This document shows positions 61,878 through 64,000 of a DNA stretch of 64,000 nt, one piece after another. Source of the stretch: an uncultured Spartobacteria bacterium (GTDB lineage: Bacteria > Verrucomicrobiota > Verrucomicrobiia > Chthoniobacterales > UBA6821). The notes under the pieces were generated by a model that saw nothing but the letters and a program-made list of their open reading frames with translations, made no database searches and was not told where the DNA came from. Every line of letters begins with the position of its first letter. Positions within the stretch are counted from its first letter, which is position 1. Both the position numbers and the translations under genes were made by a program. Where the stretch lies: assembly GCA_903868795.1 (NCBI GenBank), contig CAIPWR010000128.1, positions 5,953 through 69,952 on the forward strand, written 5' to 3'.

Positions 61878-63269
61878 TCAGCCCAGAAGCTCCGCCTCCA
61901 GGTCATAGCCCCGGGTGCCTGTAATCCTGACTTTGTGAAACTCCCCTGCCTTCACAGGGCTCGTAAAGTGAACACGGCAATCAACATCGGGAGCATCTCC
62001 CTCAGTACGCCCAAACTGAGCAGTGTCAGCGAGGACAGTTAACTCCCTGCCTACCTGCGCAAGTGCAAGTTCGGCGGCAATCTCCTGCTGGACGAGCATT
62101 GCTTCGCGATGGCGACGCTTCTTGGTGCCGCCATGGATCTGCCCTGGAAGCTTCGCCGCACGAGACTCCTCTTCCTTGGAATAATTAAAGACCCCAAGTC
62201 GCTCGAAACGCCGATCCCTCATAAACTCCAGAAGGCTCTCAAAATGCTCCTCCGTCTCTCCGGGGAAGCCGACGATAAAAGTCGTTCTGATCGTTAATCC
62301 GGGAATCCCAGCACGCATCCGGTCAATGAGTCGTTCGATATGGCCGCGGTCGGTTTCGCGGCGCATCGAATCCAGCATGACGTCATGGATGTGCTGGAGG
62401 GGCATGTCGACATAGCCCGCCACCTTCGGGTTGCGCACGATAGCGGCGATCATGTCATCGCTCCAGTGGGCCGGGTGAGTATAGAGGAGTCGAATCCAGA
62501 ACTCGCCGGGGATCTGTGCCAGAGCATCGAGTAGAGCAGGGAGACCAGGTCCCCTCGCCTCGTCAACAGGCTGACGCGGGCCAGCCTTCTCCTCCCAGAG
62601 ATCCATTCCGTAGTAGGTGGTGTCTTGACTGATCAGATTGATCTCTTTCACGCCCGAGGCAACGAGTCCCTCGACCTCCTTGACCACAGACTCGATGGTT
62701 CGACTGCGATGCCGCCCACGCATACGGGGAATGACGCAGAAAGAGCAGGGATGATTACATCCCTCAGCGATCTTGACATAAGCCGTGTGCGCAGCGGTAA
62801 GACGAACACGCGGGGTGTCGTAATCCGGAATGTAGGCGGCACGACGGGAAACCTCGACGATGGCACCCGGCTCTTCCCGCTCTTCGTCGAGGAGACGATC
62901 GAAGAACGAGCCTGCACTCTGGATCTCGTCGAGCCCGAGAAAGGCATCCACTTCGGGAAGCTGTGTGGCGAGATCGGTCGAATAGCGTTGGGAAAGACAT
63001 CCCCCAACAACGAGTTTCTGTCCCGGTTTGGCACCATGGAGACGACGACGATGAGCCTCGAGGATCGCATTGATGCTTTCCTCCTTGGCCGGATCGATGA
63101 AACCACACGTATTGACAAGGACAACATCGGCATCATCGGTTTCATTGGTGAGTTCGTAGCCGTGCCGCTTGGCATCCCCGAGCAGGATTTCGGCATCGAC
63201 CAGATTCTTGGCACAGCCAAGGCTGATCAGGCCGATCTTACGGGTTTCAGGTAGCTTGGTTGTGCTCAT
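61878..63269 (-). CDS. rimO: Ribosomal protein S12 methylthiotransferase RimO
   Basis: From the ATG at 63269 it has the UPF0004 Cys triad (LGCAKN, NTCGF, GGCLSQ), the radical-SAM motif CNHPCSFC and a C-terminal TRAM domain. Confidence 0.8.
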   Translation of the reverse strand: MSTTKLPETRKIGLISLGCAKNLVDAEILLGDAKRHGYELTNETDDADVVLVNTCGFIDPAKEESINAILEAHRRRLHGAKPGQKLVVGGCLSQRYSTDLATQLPEVDAFLGLDEIQSAGSFFDRLLDEEREEPGAIVEVSRRAAYIPDYDTPRVRLTAAHTAYVKIAEGCNHPCSFCVIPRMRGRHRSRTIESVVKEVEGLVASGVKEINLISQDTTYYGMDLWEEKAGPRQPVDEARGPGLPALLDALAQIPGEFWIRLLYTHPAHWSDDMIAAIVRNPKVAGYVDMPLQHIHDVMLDSMRRETDRGHIERLIDRMRAGIPGLTIRTTFIVGFPGETEEHFESLLEFMRDRRFERLGVFNYSKEEESRAAKLPGQIHGGTKKRRHREAMLVQQEIAAELALAQVGRELTVLADTAQFGRTEGDAPDVDCRVHFTSPVKAGEFHKVRITGTRGYDLEAELLG

Positions 63270-63279
63270 CGGTTGGAAA

Positions 63280-63756
63280 TTATCTATTGGAAAAGGAAGA
63301 GAGGCTGGCGTTACTGGTGATCCAGGGAATGGATCGAACACGCGAAAGCTGACGCATCATGCCCCAAGTGCTCAAGAACGTCGTCAGGAGAAGAACATAA
63401 ACGACTGCTCGCCCGAGGGGAGCAAGAGGTGCAAGCAATTCAAGACTCAAGCGAAACGGAGGCTTCAGCGGGCGCGAGTAGTTCGAAAGATACTGGCAGT
63501 TTTTCGGAACAAGATCCGGCATCAAGGGCAGTGAATCCTTGATATCGACAGGATCTAAACCTAGGGCACGCGCATAGGTCACGGCATGGATTCGGGAGAC
63601 TGCTGGATTCAAGGACTCCTCCTCCAAGAGACCGACCTCTTTTTCAGAAAGCCTTGCGACCCGTGCAGCCTCGAAACGACTGAGTCCCATAACCTCCCTC
63701 GCCTCGCGAAGGATGGGACCAATCGGCCTGGATAATGATGTCGGGTGAAAAAACAT
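63280..63756 (-). CDS. XRE-type HTH protein with a C-terminal TM (RodZ-like)
   Basis: It has the HTH block REAREVMGLSRFEAARVARLSEKEVGLLEE followed by one TM helix (VVYVLLLTTFLSTWG). I chose the ATG at 63756. The tracked TTG start at 63786 overlaps the ftsK stop. Confidence 0.5.
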   Translation of the reverse strand: MFFHPTSLSRPIGPILREAREVMGLSRFEAARVARLSEKEVGLLEEESLNPAVSRIHAVTYARALGLDPVDIKDSLPLMPDLVPKNCQYLSNYSRPLKPPFRLSLELLAPLAPLGRAVVYVLLLTTFLSTWGMMRQLSRVRSIPWITSNASLSSFSNR

Positions 63757-63782
63757 GGTTATTGAAGTTCGATGCGAAAGAC

Positions 63783-64000
63783 TCAATCGTCCAGTCCATC
63801 CAGATCGACCAGGATCTCACGGTCTTTCGCTCCATCCTTGGGCCCCAGAATGCCACGTTGTTCGAGAATGTCGACGATACGCGCGGCCCGAGTGTAACCA
63901 AGACGCAAACGACGCTGAAGCATGGAGGTGGAAGCTTTTTTCTCCTGCCGGATAATCTCGAGACATCTGTCCACCAGATCCTCCTCCTCATCGGTGACCT
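63783..64000 (-). CDS. ftsK: DNA translocase FtsK, 3' end only (gamma winged-helix domain)
   Basis: The C-terminal sequence KKASTSMLQRRLRLGYTRAARIVDILEQRGILGPKDGAKDREIL is the conserved FtsK-gamma (KOPS-binding) domain. The ORF runs off the window end. Confidence 0.8.
   Translation of the reverse strand, partial: VTDEEEDLVDRCLEIIRQEKKASTSMLQRRLRLGYTRAARIVDILEQRGILGPKDGAKDREILVDLDGLDD

Overview
This is a 64-kb bacterial window that is gene-dense and has no rRNA, CRISPR array, transposase or integrase that I can see. The gene content points to Verrucomicrobiota, but that assignment is an inference. It rests on pseudopilin-like ORFs followed by a giant ORF that match my memory of the TIGRFAMs 'Verru_Chthon cassette' families, together with an exosortase.

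Layout:
- 1-7.1 kb: peripheral metabolism. This covers an SDR fragment, a family-5 peptide-binding lipoprotein, D-lactate dehydrogenase, two exported GH1 glycosidase paralogs around an unknown secreted protein, and a nitroreductase.
- 7.2-55.2 kb: a roughly 48-kb run of genes, almost all on the minus strand, forming an exosortase-type exopolysaccharide (EPS) supercluster.
  - Giant GspK-like protein A, two prepilin-type proteins, a helical-repeat protein and an exosortase-EpsI fusion.
  - Priming sugar transferase and about ten glycosyltransferases (GT4, GT2, GT8).
  - WcaF-like acetyltransferase, YdcF/DUF218, a Wzy-like polymerase, a GMC oxidoreductase plus aldo/keto reductase, and a secreted beta-helix enzyme.
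  - MsbA/PglK-like ABC exporter, two family-3 acyltransferases, a GbsR/MarR-like regulator, ugd and uxs.
  - Wzc tyrosine kinase, Wza, a beta-barrel protein and an O-antigen-ligase-like/TPR fusion.
  - Three toxin-antitoxin-like pairs are embedded in the cluster: AbiEii-like plus a 75-aa partner, mazEF, and DUF4160/DUF2442.
- 55.4-64 kb: a six-repeat secreted protein, a bidirectional terminator, tRNA-Leu(CAA), a rhodanese, beta-carbonic anhydrase, a sugar-phosphate nucleotidyltransferase, mlaEFD, rimO, a RodZ-like HTH protein and the 3' end of ftsK.

Most notable observations:
- The uncharacterised pseudopilin/giant-cap cassette is physically coupled to the exosortase operon.
- An octanucleotide tandem array lies just upstream of an O-acyltransferase gene.
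- A ~200-bp direct duplication of a regulator 3' end brackets a very AT-rich acyltransferase gene.
- A dispersed purine-rich motif family (TTAAAGGCTRAAGG-like) occurs in intergenic leaders and also in frame inside three GT4 genes.
- A Wzy-type locus has no recognisable Wzx but does have an ABC exporter.

All functional calls come from motif recognition by eye. No searches were run.
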